DNA of 64,000 nt from Escherichia coli (GCF_003018235.1 NZ_CP027437.1), one strand, 5' to 3'; counted from the first letter of the stretch, positions 11,184 to 24,291 are shown. The notes: generated by a model not told the origin, from the sequence alone. A program made the numbers and translations.

Positions 11184-13229
11184 ATGACAACAATGAATCC
11201 TTTCCTTGTGCAAAGCACACTGCCGTATCTGGCTCCCCATTTTGATCAAATTGCCAATCATCACTATCGCCCGGCATTCGATGAGGGAATGCAGCAAAAG
11301 CGGGCAGAAATTGCTGCCATCGCGCTTAACCCGCAAGCGCCTGATTTCAACAATACTATTCTGGCACTGGAACAAAGCGGAGAATTACTTACCCGCGTTA
11401 CCAGCGTCTTTTTTGCGATGACTGCGGCGCATACCAATGATGAATTACAGCGTCTTGATGAACAGTTTTCCGCTGAACTGGCGGAACTGGCTAATGATAT
11501 CTATCTGAACGGTGAATTATTCGCGCGGGTAGATGCTGTCTGGCAGCGCCGTGAATCTCTTGGGCTTGATAGTGAATCCATCCGCCTGGTGGAGGTGATT
11601 CATCAGCGTTTTGTCCTTGCCGGAGCCAAACTTGCGCAAGCTGATAAAGCAAAATTAAAAGTACTGAATACAGAAGCTGCGACCCTAACCAGCCAGTTTA
11701 ACCAGCGGTTACTGGCAGCAAATAAATCCGGCGGTCTGGTTGTGAACGATTTCGCGCAGCTGGCAGGAATGAGTGAGCAAGAGATTGCGCTGGCGGCAGG
11801 GGCGGCTCGCGAGAAAGGTCTGGATAACAAATGGCTGATTCCGTTGCTGAATACCACCCAGCAACCAGCGCTTGCTGAACTGCGCGATCGCGCGACGCGT
11901 GAAAAACTGTTCACTGCGGGCTGGACGCGAGCGGAAAAAAATGATGCCAATGATACCCGCGCTATCATTCAACGTCTGGTGGAGATCCGCGCGCAGCAGG
12001 CGAAACTGCTTGGTTTCCCTCATTATGCCGCATGGAAAATCGCCGATCAGATGGCAAAAACGCCAGAAGCAGCACTCAACTTTATGCGGGAAATTGTTCC
12101 AGCGGCGCGTCAACGTGCGAGCGATGAATTAGCCTCCATACAGGCGGTTATCGATAAGCAGCAGGGCGGGTTTAGCGCGCAGCCGTGGGACTGGGCATTT
12201 TATGCCGAGCAGGTAAGACGTGAGAAATTCGATCTCGATGAATCGCAGCTCAAGCTATATTTTGAATTAAACACGGTGTTGAATGAAGGTGTATTCTGGA
12301 CCGCGAATCAGCTCTTCGGTATTAAGTTTGTCGAACGTTTTGATATTCCTGTCTACCATCCTGACGTTCGTGTGTGGGAAATTTTTGATCATAATGGCGT
12401 GGGGCTGGCGTTATTTTACGGTGATTTCTTCGCCCGTGATTCAAAAAGCGGCGGTGCATGGATGGGCAATTTTGTTGAGCAATCATCGCTTAATGAAACG
12501 CATCCGGTAATTTATAACGTCTGCAATTATCAGAAACCCGCTGCCGGTGAGCCTGCGTTGTTACTCTGGGATGATGTCATAACCTTATTCCATGAATTTG
12601 GTCATACGTTGCACGGCCTCTTTGCCCGCCAGCGTTATGCCACACTTTCCGGCACCAACACGCCGCGTGATTTTGTCGAATTTCCGTCGCAAATCAACGA
12701 ACACTGGGCAACGCATCCGCAGGTATTCGCTCGCTACGCCCGGCATTATCAGAGCGGGGCAGCAATGCCTGACGAACTGCAACAGAAAATGCGTAATGCC
12801 AGCTTGTTCAACAAAGGGTATGAGATGAGCGAACTGCTTAGCGCCGCACTTCTCGATATGCGCTGGCATTGCCTGGAAGAAAACGAAGCAATGCAGGATG
12901 TCGATGATTTCGAATTGCGGGCGCTGGTGGCGGAAAATATGGATCTTCCCGCTATACCGCCACGCTATCGCAGCAGTTATTTCGCCCATATTTTTGGTGG
13001 CGGATATGCCGCAGGTTATTACGCTTATCTGTGGACACAAATGTTGGCCGATGATGGTTACCAGTGGTTTGTTGAGCAGGGCAGATTAACGCGTGAAAAT
13101 GGGCTGCGTTTTCGCGAGGCGATCCTTTCCAGAGGTAACAGCGAGGATCTGGAACGCCTGTATCGACAATGGCGCGGTAAGGCACCTCAGATTATGCCGA
13201 TGCTGCAACATCGTGGCTTGAACGTATAA
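11184..13229 (+). CDS. dcp: Dipeptidyl carboxypeptidase II (M3 family zinc peptidase)
   Basis: 681 aa from MTTMNPFLVQSTLPYLAPHFDQI..., HEFGH zinc motif, AGGAG RBS at 11173-11177. Confidence 0.95.
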   Translation: MTTMNPFLVQSTLPYLAPHFDQIANHHYRPAFDEGMQQKRAEIAAIALNPQAPDFNNTILALEQSGELLTRVTSVFFAMTAAHTNDELQRLDEQFSAELAELANDIYLNGELFARVDAVWQRRESLGLDSESIRLVEVIHQRFVLAGAKLAQADKAKLKVLNTEAATLTSQFNQRLLAANKSGGLVVNDFAQLAGMSEQEIALAAGAAREKGLDNKWLIPLLNTTQQPALAELRDRATREKLFTAGWTRAEKNDANDTRAIIQRLVEIRAQQAKLLGFPHYAAWKIADQMAKTPEAALNFMREIVPAARQRASDELASIQAVIDKQQGGFSAQPWDWAFYAEQVRREKFDLDESQLKLYFELNTVLNEGVFWTANQLFGIKFVERFDIPVYHPDVRVWEIFDHNGVGLALFYGDFFARDSKSGGAWMGNFVEQSSLNETHPVIYNVCNYQKPAAGEPALLLWDDVITLFHEFGHTLHGLFARQRYATLSGTNTPRDFVEFPSQINEHWATHPQVFARYARHYQSGAAMPDELQQKMRNASLFNKGYEMSELLSAALLDMRWHCLEENEAMQDVDDFELRALVAENMDLPAIPPRYRSSYFAHIFGGGYAAGYYAYLWTQMLADDGYQWFVEQGRLTRENGLRFREAILSRGNSEDLERLYRQWRGKAPQIMPMLQHRGLNV

Positions 13230-13593
13230 ACACCACCAATGGCTGGCCTGGATTTATCGCCAGACCAGCCTCGTTATAGCAGTAATTGCAGCAGCTGGGT
13301 GAGGGCAAACTTCACCGCTAATGCGAATGCCGTTTCGCAGTCGCCAGCAAAATTACTTTTTTTGTATACCCTTCCGTTATAATAATTTTCAAATTTATAA
13401 ATCTGATTGTTCTGAAATATGTTTAAGACTCTTTAATCTTCTTCTTACTTTAGTGAGTAAAATTCTCTGAATATTTGACAGCTAGTTGCCTGATTTTAAA
13501 TGCCTTATAACAATTGGCAGTATTCTTATTTGTCAATTATAAAAATAGCAACCAGACTTAATAAGTCAAACCAAACGCAATTAAGGAGTCAGT

Positions 13594-13986
13594 ATGAAAT
13601 TTCAGGCCATTGTATTAGCAAGTTTTCTTGTCATGCCTTATGCGTTGGCAGATGACCAGGGCGGATTAAAACAGGATGCAGCGCCACCGCCGCCTCATGC
13701 AATAGAAGATGGCTATCGCGGAACCGATGATGCAAAAAAAATGACCGTTGATTTCGCAAAAACCATGCACGATGGCGCTTCGGTTTCACTGCGCGGTAAT
13801 TTGATTTCTCACAAAGGAGAAGACCGTTACGTTTTTCGCGATAAGAGCGGTGAAATTAATGTTGTTATTCCTGCGGCAGTCTTTGATGGACGAGAAGTTC
13901 AGCCGGACCAGATGATCAACATTAGCGGAAGTCTGGATAAGAAAAGCGCTCCGGCCGTCGTTCGGGTCACTCATTTGCAGAAATAA
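13594..13986 (+). CDS. ydeI: Periplasmic OB-fold (BOF/YgiW family) stress protein YdeI
   Basis: 130 aa with signal peptide [19 protein letters not shown]. Confidence 0.85.
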
Positions 13987-14240
13987 AAATAAATTAGCCT
14001 GATGGCCTGAACTACTGGGCCATTAGGGTATTGGGTTATGCTATTTGTCATCCTTTTAATTGCGATAATGCAGGCTTAATTTACAGAATTAAACACTTTT
14101 TTATCTGCTGATTTTGTTTCAAATCACAATGTTATCTCAGAGATGACTCATAACTTAGGATTTCTATGAAAATATTGACGTAATTTTGCTTTTCTCTCGT
14201 TAGAATAGCGCGCACAAGGAACTGTGAAAAAGGAGTGGCA

Positions 14241-15131
14241 ATGATCAAGAAGACAACGGAAATTGATGCCATCTTGTTAAATCTCAATAAGGCTATCGAT
14301 GCCCACTACCAGTGGCTGGTAAGTATGTTTCGCAGCGTAGTCGCGAGAGATGCCAGTAAGCCAGAAATAACGGATAACCATTCTTATGGACTGTGCCAGT
14401 TTGGTCGGTGGATTGATCATCTGGGACCACTCGATAATGATGAATTACCTTATGTTCGGCTAATGGATTCTGCCCATCAACATATGCATAACTGTGGTCG
14501 GGAATTAATGCTGGCTATTGTTGAAAATCACTGGCAGGACGCGCATTTCGACGCCTTTCAGGAGGGGTTGCTTTCTTTTACTGCGGCATTAACCGATTAC
14601 AAAATTTATTTGCTGACGATCCGTAGCAATATGGATGTTTTGACGGGATTGCCGGGTCGTCGGGTTCTTGATGAATCCTTTGATCATCAGTTACGCAACG
14701 CTGAGCCTCTGAATCTTTATTTAATGTTGTTGGATATTGACCGATTTAAATTGGTTAATGATACCTACGGGCATTTAATCGGCGATGTAGTATTACGCAC
14801 CCTGGCAACTTACTTAGCCAGTTGGACGCGCGATTACGAAACGGTTTATCGCTACGGTGGCGAAGAATTTATCATTATTGTCAAAGCGGCTAATGATGAA
14901 GAAGCATGTCGTGCAGGTATCAGAATTTGCCAGTTAGTCGATAACCATGCCATCACACATTCTGAAGGGCATATCAACATTACCGTGACAGCAGGTGTGA
15001 GTCGCGCATTTCCTGAAGAGCCTCTGGATGTGGTCATTGGAAGAGCGGACCGGGCAATGTATGAGGGTAAGCAAACCGGAAGAAATCGCTGTATGTTTAT
15101 TGACGAACAAAACGTGATTAACCGAGTTTAA
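14241..15131 (+). CDS. dgcZ: Diguanylate cyclase DgcZ (zinc-sensing CZB domain plus GGDEF)
   Basis: 296 aa from MIKKTTEIDAILLNLNKAIDAHYQW...; GGEEF motif; AAGGAG RBS at 14229-14234. Confidence 0.95.
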   Translation: MIKKTTEIDAILLNLNKAIDAHYQWLVSMFRSVVARDASKPEITDNHSYGLCQFGRWIDHLGPLDNDELPYVRLMDSAHQHMHNCGRELMLAIVENHWQDAHFDAFQEGLLSFTAALTDYKIYLLTIRSNMDVLTGLPGRRVLDESFDHQLRNAEPLNLYLMLLDIDRFKLVNDTYGHLIGDVVLRTLATYLASWTRDYETVYRYGGEEFIIIVKAANDEEACRAGIRICQLVDNHAITHSEGHINITVTAGVSRAFPEEPLDVVIGRADRAMYEGKQTGRNRCMFIDEQNVINRV

Positions 15132-15141
15132 GCTCCGTTTA
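15125..15141 (+). promoter_or_regulatory. PhoP box (aGTTTA-N5-cGTTTA) overlapping the dgcZ stop, candidate promoter for mgrR
   Basis: Direct hexamer repeat with 11-bp periodicity; a candidate -10 (AAAACT) lies 11 nt downstream. Confidence 0.5.
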
Positions 15142-15165
15142 ACATTCATTGAGAAAACTGATGCT

Positions 15166-15274
15166 ACTGTGTCAACGATCCGTTATCAGTGCAGGAAAAT
15201 GCCTGTTAGCGTAAAAGCAAAACACAAATCTATCCATGCAAGCATTCACCGCCGGTTTACTGGCGGTTTTTTTT
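15166..15274 (+). ncRNA. mgrR: Candidate PhoP-dependent sRNA MgrR (about 100 nt)
   Basis: Non-coding stretch between the PhoP box/-10 and an intrinsic terminator (ACCGCC stem 15248-15267 plus T-tract), convergent with mgtS; matches the known genomic context of MgrR. The 5' end is approximate. Confidence 0.5.
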
Positions 15275-15282
15275 CGCCGTCA

Positions 15283-15322
15283 TAAAAATCAGGCCCCTTG
15301 TACACAGTTGTAACAAGGGGCC
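15283..15322 (-). terminator. Intrinsic terminator of mgtS
   Basis: GGCCCCTTGT / ACAAGGGGCC stem, with a plus-strand A-tract at 15284-15289 that is a U-tract on the minus transcript. Confidence 0.65.
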
Positions 15323-15349
15323 GGTTAGGTGAGGGATTATCTCCGTTCA

Positions 15350-15445
15350 TTAGTCATCCCATTTGTGGCTGAAATACGCGGCCAGAAAACCAGAAAATAA
15401 AATTATTCCCAGTACGGCCATAAAAACATTCATATTACCCAGCAT
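15350..15445 (-). CDS. mgtS: 31-aa inner-membrane small protein MgtS (YneM)
   Basis: Reverse-strand translation gives MLGNMNVFMAVLGIILFSGFLAAYFSHKWDD; GGAGG RBS. Found by manual reading and absent from the ORF track because it is under 60 aa. Confidence 0.85.
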   Translation of the reverse strand: MLGNMNVFMAVLGIILFSGFLAAYFSHKWDD

Positions 15446-15511
15446 TATTTGCCTCCGTTTATGGTGTGGTGTGTTTCCTCGCTTACCTTAATTTTCATCT
15501 CAATGAGAAAG

Positions 15512-15545
15512 ATATTAGCAGAGGTAACCTAAACGAAGGCTGAAT
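15512..15545 (-). promoter_or_regulatory. Candidate PhoP-type promoter of mgtS (degenerate box ATTCAG-N5-GTTTAG plus -10 TAATAT)
   Basis: Same box-to-(-10) spacing (11 nt) as the mgrR promoter; a shared cattgaga motif lies downstream of both. Confidence 0.4.
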
Positions 15546-15571
15546 TAAATTTTTATTGTGTTCGACTTAAA

Positions 15572-16759
15572 TCAACAAAGCGCGGGCTGCCCCCACGGTC
15601 TTGCACGAATTCCTTTTAACATCAGCACCCACGCAGCAACGATCACCAACGCTAAGATGATAAACAGCGAGAAAGGCGGCAGACTGGTAAGTACTATGCC
15701 ACTCACTAATGGGTTAATCGCCGCACCAAGCCAGCCTAAAGACTGGGCGGAAAAATAGCTGGCTTTCATTCCTGGCGGTGCAATATGGTCAATCAACATA
15801 TACTCGCCCGGCGCATAAATGATTTCACCGACAGTAAATACCGCAGCTGACATACCCCACAATAGCAGGCTGTTGCCGGAAAAAATAAAACCAACCAGAC
15901 CGATGACGAAACAGAGGGTGCCTGCTGTCATCAGCGCGCGGATGTTAGCCGGGTTAAGGCGGCGGCCCACGGAATATTGCAACGTAACCACCATGGCAGC
16001 ATTCACCGGAAGAACAACCGCGACCACCTTTTCGGCAAAATCCCCATCAGCAATCACCATCACATATTGTGAAATGCACGAGGCAAATGCGCCGCTAACA
16101 AAGGAAGCCAGAAAACCAGAGCAGGTAAACCACAACAGTGCTTTATCTTGTAATAAAACTTTCGGCGACCAGGCACTGCCTGTTTCCGTGGCGATGATTT
16201 TCTCGCTGCGCTTTACCCAAATTTGAATGAAAAGCATGGGAAACGCGGAACAGATAGCTGCCAGCCAGAAGGGCAGATTGATGCTCTGCATCACCAACAA
16301 CGTGCCGAGCGGCGGACCGATGGTCCAGCCAATGTTTAGCATGGTGTAGTTGATTGAGAAGATTTTCGTTTTGCTGGTGGACGAAAGATTGTCGGCAAAC
16401 CAGGCTTTCAACACGGTAGCAAAAACGGAATAGGCGCAGTTAATGAGGGCAAAAAAGAGCACCACCAGCGTCACGTTATTCACTAAAGGAATGGCAATAA
16501 AACCGCTGGCGAAGGCGGTAATTGCCAGTAACATATAGCGTTTCTTGTCGAACTTATCCGCCAGGATACCAAAACCGAGGCTAAAAACGACGCCAATAGT
16601 GAGCGCAATTGTCATCGCATAACCGATTAGATCGACACTCAGGTTGTACTGGCGACTCAAGTAAATGGTCATAAACGGCAGCGTAGCGCCGCGTCCGATG
16701 GTTAATAACAACGACGAGGCAAGAAGGGCGCTGGTAGAGCGTCGGAGGGATAAGTTCAT
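15572..16759 (-). CDS. ydeE: MFS transporter YdeE (dipeptide/drug exporter)
   Basis: 395 aa, 12-TM MFS architecture, synteny. Confidence 0.9.
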   Translation of the reverse strand: MNLSLRRSTSALLASSLLLTIGRGATLPFMTIYLSRQYNLSVDLIGYAMTIALTIGVVFSLGFGILADKFDKKRYMLLAITAFASGFIAIPLVNNVTLVVLFFALINCAYSVFATVLKAWFADNLSSTSKTKIFSINYTMLNIGWTIGPPLGTLLVMQSINLPFWLAAICSAFPMLFIQIWVKRSEKIIATETGSAWSPKVLLQDKALLWFTCSGFLASFVSGAFASCISQYVMVIADGDFAEKVVAVVLPVNAAMVVTLQYSVGRRLNPANIRALMTAGTLCFVIGLVGFIFSGNSLLLWGMSAAVFTVGEIIYAPGEYMLIDHIAPPGMKASYFSAQSLGWLGAAINPLVSGIVLTSLPPFSLFIILALVIVAAWVLMLKGIRARPWGQPALC

Positions 16760-16953
16760 TTGTCTGTCCGGCAGTGCGTTTCGTTATGTTTTGTTTTAGA
16801 GATGTAAAGAAATAGCATGGCAAAAATCCGAAGTATAGCGACTTATTTGCGCATTAATGCCGTCGTAATCGGCGACTAACGAATCAACTGTTAAAGAAAA
16901 GTAAATTCAGCTAAGTTGATTGCTTACAAAAGATGAAATTCAGAGGCGGTAGA

Positions 16954-17853
16954 ATGTCGCGAAAAGATGGGGTGTTGGCGCTACTGGTAGTGGTCGTATG
17001 GGGGCTGAATTTTGTGGTCATCAAAGTGGGGCTTCATAACATGCCACCGCTGATGCTGGCCGGTTTGCGCTTTATGCTGGTCGCTTTTCCGGCCATCTTT
17101 TTTGTCGCACGACCGAAAGTACCACTGAATTTGTTGCTGGGGTATGGATTAACCATCAGTTTTGCGCAGTTTGCTTTTCTTTTTTGTGCCATTAACTTCG
17201 GTATGCCTGCTGGACTGGCTTCGCTGGTGTTACAGGCACAGGCGTTTTTTACTATCGTACTTGGCGCATTTACTTTCGGTGAGCGGCTGCATGGCAAACA
17301 ATTGGCGGGGATTGCCTTAGCGATTTTTGGCGTACTGGTGTTAATCGAAGATAGTCTGAACGGTCAGCATGTGGCGATGCTCGGCTTTATGTTGACCCTG
17401 GCGGCAGCATTTAGTTGGGCGTGTGGCAACATCTTCAATAAAAAGATCATGTCGCACTCAACGCGCCCGGCGGTGATGTCGCTGGTAATCTGGAGCGCAT
17501 TAATCCCAATCATTCCCTTCTTTGTTGCCTCGCTGATTCTCGATGGTTCCGCAACCATGATTCACAGTCTGGTCACTATCGATATGACCACCATCTTGTC
17601 TCTGATGTATCTGGCGTTTGTGGCGACAATTGTTGGTTATGGGATCTGGGGGACGTTACTGGGACGCTATGAAACCTGGCGGGTTGCACCGTTATCGTTA
17701 CTGGTGCCCGTAGTAGGACTGGCAAGTGCGGCACTATTGTTGGATGAACGCTTAACGGGTCTACAATTTTTCGGTGCGGTGCTCATTATGACCGGGCTGT
17801 ATATCAATGTATTTGGCTTGCGGTGGCGTAAAGCGGTAAAGGTTAGAGGCTAA
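16954..17853 (+). CDS. eamA: O-acetylserine/cysteine exporter EamA (DMT superfamily)
   Basis: 299 aa from MSRKDGVLALLVVVVWGLNFVVIKVGL... Confidence 0.9.
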   Translation: MSRKDGVLALLVVVVWGLNFVVIKVGLHNMPPLMLAGLRFMLVAFPAIFFVARPKVPLNLLLGYGLTISFAQFAFLFCAINFGMPAGLASLVLQAQAFFTIVLGAFTFGERLHGKQLAGIALAIFGVLVLIEDSLNGQHVAMLGFMLTLAAAFSWACGNIFNKKIMSHSTRPAVMSLVIWSALIPIIPFFVASLILDGSATMIHSLVTIDMTTILSLMYLAFVATIVGYGIWGTLLGRYETWRVAPLSLLVPVVGLASAALLLDERLTGLQFFGAVLIMTGLYINVFGLRWRKAVKVRG

Positions 17854-17855
17854 AC

Positions 17856-17900
17856 CATACGCACAGAATGTGATGCCAGCACTCTGTGCGTATGCTTTTA
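17856..17900. terminator. Terminator hairpin after eamA (12-bp stem plus T-tract)
   Basis: CATACGCACAGA / TCTGTGCGTATG followed by CTTTTA; overlaps the stop codon of the convergent regulator gene. Confidence 0.65.
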
Positions 17901-18596
17901 TCGCGGGAAAAAGTACTTTACCTGGAACTCGAAAATATTGCTGTAAAGTAACGAATAATCCAGCGGAATAGAGTTACTGTCCACAGCCTGGGTCTGAATT
18001 TTAAGTATGGGATCCCGTGGGCTGATCCGTAAAATACTGGCGATTTCTGGGGTAGGAAAAGTAGGGGAGAAAGTTTCAAAGGTGCCAATGATTTTGATCC
18101 CGCATTCGTTCTCAATATACGAAAATTTGGATTTTTGCATATGTGCTACGGTTAAATCAGGAAAACGTGCCACTGACATCCACGTTTCTTCTAATTGTGC
18201 TGCATTATCCTCAATGAATCGCAGTCTCTTTATGTAATAAACCTGCTCACCAGTCACTAAATTCAGCTCAGTCGCAATAGGGGGAGAAGCATCCTGCACT
18301 TCAAATTTCATAATCTGACTTCCTGCCTCCTTGCCGCTTTTATGCGCAATTTCACTGAAGCTGTTCATGTGATCAATGTGTGCAACAAAATTCTTTTTTT
18401 GAATATATGTTCCTGAACCATGCTTTCTATGAATAATTCCTTCGCCTTCCAGCAAGGATAATGCCTTACGCAGGGTATTACGCGAAACATTATAACGAAC
18501 AGCGAGTTCAGCTTCTGACGGCAACAAATCACCAACATGCCATGAATAGCCATTGATCTCGGATTTAAGTAAGCGGGCAATCTTTTGAAAAATCAC
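17898..18596 (-). CDS. GntR/HutC-family transcriptional regulator (HTH plus UTRA effector domain)
   Basis: 232 aa; HTH segment AELAVRYNVSRNTLRKAL; divergent from the PTS operon. Confidence 0.85.
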   Translation of the reverse strand: MIFQKIARLLKSEINGYSWHVGDLLPSEAELAVRYNVSRNTLRKALSLLEGEGIIHRKHGSGTYIQKKNFVAHIDHMNSFSEIAHKSGKEAGSQIMKFEVQDASPPIATELNLVTGEQVYYIKRLRFIEDNAAQLEETWMSVARFPDLTVAHMQKSKFSYIENECGIKIIGTFETFSPTFPTPEIASILRISPRDPILKIQTQAVDSNSIPLDYSLLYSNIFEFQVKYFFPR

Positions 18597-18755
18597 TTTT
18601 GCACCTTTTAAGAGCCATTGAAAACAAGGAGTTGAGTCCTGATTGGTTTATCGTATGGCCGAGTCGTTTAATTATTACCCTGATGTTGAACAACTTTATT
18701 GCTGTATTACTGTGATCAATGTACCAGGACGTATAGCTACTGCGGGATATGATAT

Positions 18756-18768
18756 TTACACAATGTAA
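18756..18768. promoter_or_regulatory. Candidate operator palindrome TTACA-caa-TGTAA in the regulator/PTS divergent region
   Basis: Perfect 5-bp inverted repeat about 30 bp upstream of the IIB start codon. Confidence 0.3.
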
Positions 18769-18794
18769 TCTGTTATATACCAGTAAGGGAAAAT

Positions 18795-19106
18795 ATGAAA
18801 AAGATATTGTTAGTTTGCGCTGCGGGCATGTCAACCAGTATGCTGGTTAAACGTATGATTGATCATGCTAACGCTATTTCACTTGAAGTTAATATTTCCG
18901 CATTGGCGATTGCAGAGGCTAAAGGGAAAATTAAAAATAACGAAGTTGACGTTGTTTTACTTGGCCCGCAAGTTCGCTTTCAGAAACCAGAGATTGAAGC
19001 TGTTGCACAGGGGAAAATGCCTGTAGCTGTTATCGAGATGAAAGACTATGGCACCATGAACGGACAGGCAGTTCTTGAATTTGCGATGAAACTACTGCAA
19101 GAGTAA
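18795..19106 (+). CDS. PTS lactose/cellobiose-family EIIB component
   Basis: 103 aa, MKKILLVCAAGMSTSMLV... with the catalytic Cys in the CAAGMSTS motif. Confidence 0.9.
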   Translation: MKKILLVCAAGMSTSMLVKRMIDHANAISLEVNISALAIAEAKGKIKNNEVDVVLLGPQVRFQKPEIEAVAQGKMPVAVIEMKDYGTMNGQAVLEFAMKLLQE

Positions 19107-19229
19107 GAATCTAATATTATTAAACTATTACCTGAACTAACTTTTCACACATCATAAAATGGATATGGCATACATGCTTTATTGGGATGTATAAATATCC
19201 AGAACAACACGTATAAAAAAATGAGATTA

Positions 19230-20543
19230 ATGACCTCATTCGAACGTGGAATGGAACGTTTTCTTGTTCCAGTTGCTATCAAGTTAAACTCACAAAAACA
19301 TGTTGCAGCGGTGAGAGATGGATTCGTTTTTACGTTTCCAATTATCATGGCAAGCTCATTAATTATATTAATAAACTTTGCCATATTATCGCCAGACGGC
19401 TTTATTGCCGGACTGCTGCATCTGAACAGCGTTTTTCCCAACCTTGAAAAAGCACAAGCTATTTTTACTCCGGTAATGAATGGCTCTGTAAATATCATGT
19501 CAATTATGATTGCTTTCCTGGTCGCCAGAAATATGGCGATTAGCTATGAGCAAGATGATCTTTTATGCGGATTAACGGCAATAGGCGCATTTTTTATTGT
19601 TTATACGCCATATCAGATGATAGATGGACAAGCATTCCTGACGACCAAATATCTCGGCGCACAGGGGTTGTTTGTTGCTGTTATCGTTGCATTAATCACC
19701 AGTGAAATATTTTGTCGCTTAGCTCGAAACCCAAAAATCACCATAACGATGCCGGCATCTGTACCTCCTGCGGTAGCGCGTTCATTTAAAGTTTTATTGC
19801 CAATATTTTTTGTCATGGTGTTCTTTTCCGCACTTAATTATTGCCTGACACTGATATCCCCGGCAGGATTAAACGATCTCATTTACACATTAATCCAGAC
19901 GCCGCTCAAACATATGGGAACGAATATCTTTGCGGTAATTATCCTGGGGGCTGTGGGTAATTTCCTGTGGGTGCTGGGGATCCACGGACCTAATACCACC
20001 TCGGCAATTCGAGAAACTGTTTTTTCTGAGGCTAATCTGGAGAATCTCTCCTGGGCCGCTCAACACGGCACTACCTGGGGCGCGCCATATCCGATTACCT
20101 GGACTTCTATTAATGATGCATTCGCCAACTGCGGCGGTTCAGGCATGACGTTGGGATTATTGTTGGCTATTTTCATCGCTTCTAAGCGTGCGGAATACCG
20201 TGATCTGGCAAAAATGTCATTTATCCCCGGTATTTTCAATATCAATGAACCGATAATGTTCGGCCTTCCTATTGTACTTAACCCCATCATGATGGTGCCG
20301 TTTATTCTGGTTCCCATTGTTAACTGTGCCATTGGTTACTGCTTTGTTTCGATGGAAATTATTCCACCGGTTGCTTATGCCGTGCCCTGGACTACGCCCG
20401 GACCTTTAATTGCTTTCCTCGGAACCGGGGGAAACTGGCTGGCGTTACTGGTGGGTTTTTTATGTTTAGGTGTGGCGACAATGATCTATTTACCTTTTGT
20501 TATTGCAGCCAACAAGGTCAATAACATGACAACTAACGGATAA
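19230..20543 (+). CDS. PTS lactose/cellobiose-family EIIC permease
   Basis: Polytopic membrane protein; the N-terminus aligns to ChbC ([15 protein letters not shown]). Start is uncertain: ATGs at 19182, 19221, 19230 and 19251. Confidence 0.85.
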   Translation: MTSFERGMERFLVPVAIKLNSQKHVAAVRDGFVFTFPIIMASSLIILINFAILSPDGFIAGLLHLNSVFPNLEKAQAIFTPVMNGSVNIMSIMIAFLVARNMAISYEQDDLLCGLTAIGAFFIVYTPYQMIDGQAFLTTKYLGAQGLFVAVIVALITSEIFCRLARNPKITITMPASVPPAVARSFKVLLPIFFVMVFFSALNYCLTLISPAGLNDLIYTLIQTPLKHMGTNIFAVIILGAVGNFLWVLGIHGPNTTSAIRETVFSEANLENLSWAAQHGTTWGAPYPITWTSINDAFANCGGSGMTLGLLLAIFIASKRAEYRDLAKMSFIPGIFNINEPIMFGLPIVLNPIMMVPFILVPIVNCAIGYCFVSMEIIPPVAYAVPWTTPGPLIAFLGTGGNWLALLVGFLCLGVATMIYLPFVIAANKVNNMTTNG

Positions 20544-20564
20544 TCCCATTTACACAGGAAGGAG

Positions 20565-20882
20565 ATGTTGATGTTTGCAGATGAAGAACTTGTTATGGAG
20601 TTACTGATCAACGCGGGACAGGCACGTTCTGATGCGATGGAAGCCATACGTTGTGCCGGGCAAAAAGACTGGCAGGGCGCAACTCAGCTAATGGCCAGTT
20701 CGGAATTAGCCTGTCTTCAGGCACATAAGATTCAGACCGCGTTAATTAGTCAGGATGAAGGTTGTGGCAAAATAGTAGTTAATTTAATTCTGGTTCATGC
20801 ACAGGATCATTTGATGAATGCAATATTATGCCAGGATTTAGCCAGGGAAATTATTTCATTAAGAAAAGAGCTCCATGCCTGA
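20565..20882 (+). CDS. PTS lactose/cellobiose-family EIIA component
   Basis: About 105 aa, ChbA-like (LVHAQDHLM motif); alternative start at 20571 with a GGAG RBS. Confidence 0.85.
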   Translation: MLMFADEELVMELLINAGQARSDAMEAIRCAGQKDWQGATQLMASSELACLQAHKIQTALISQDEGCGKIVVNLILVHAQDHLMNAILCQDLAREIISLRKELHA

Positions 20883-20934
20883 TTTTTTCCTCCAGTGCGA
20901 TAGCTGGAGGAAATTATTACACTCTTAAGGATAA

Positions 20935-23985
<3,051 letters not shown>

Positions 23986-24012
23986 GACTTCAGGAAGATA
24001 TTACGGAGATAT

Positions 24013-24036
24013 CAGGCTCTGTGATCAGAGCCTGAC
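24013..24036. terminator. Hairpin between the convergent glucosidase gene and marB
   Basis: TCAGGCTCTG / CAGAGCCTGA stem with a 4-nt loop. Confidence 0.55.
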
Positions 24037-24041
24037 AATAA

Positions 24042-24260
24042 CTACATAGCGTGTTGATTATAATAGGGCACGCCGAGCGCATCCGACTTATCACTGCCAG
24101 TACCCATGTGATTTAAATCAAACGGTGGTTGTTCCTGCGATGGGGGAACAACCACGACATTGGCACAGGAAGTAACAACCTGCTGCGTGGTTTGTTCCGC
24201 AATGCCCTGCGTGGAAAAGAGAATAAACGCAGCTGCTATTGCGGATAAAAGTGGTTTCAT
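24042..24260 (-). CDS. marB: Periplasmic protein MarB
   Basis: 72 aa, MKPLLSAIAAAFILFSTQGIA... Confidence 0.9.
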   Translation of the reverse strand: MKPLLSAIAAAFILFSTQGIAEQTTQQVVTSCANVVVVPPSQEQPPFDLNHMGTGSDKSDALGVPYYNQHAM

Positions 24261-24291
24261 GATTGCCTCAGTGACGTTGTCACGTTATCAA

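Noticed and set aside
11603-13185. Several 60-150-aa ORFs on both strands within dcp
   Set aside because: Nested within or antisense to the well-supported dcp frame.
14150-14240. Candidate sigma-70 promoter for dgcZ (TTGACG ... TAGAAT)
   Set aside because: The spacer between the two hexamers is about 20 nt, which is too long for a canonical promoter, so it is not reported as a feature.
15819-16226. 135-aa plus-strand ORF inside ydeE
   Set aside because: Antisense to the MFS transporter gene; product shows no motifs.
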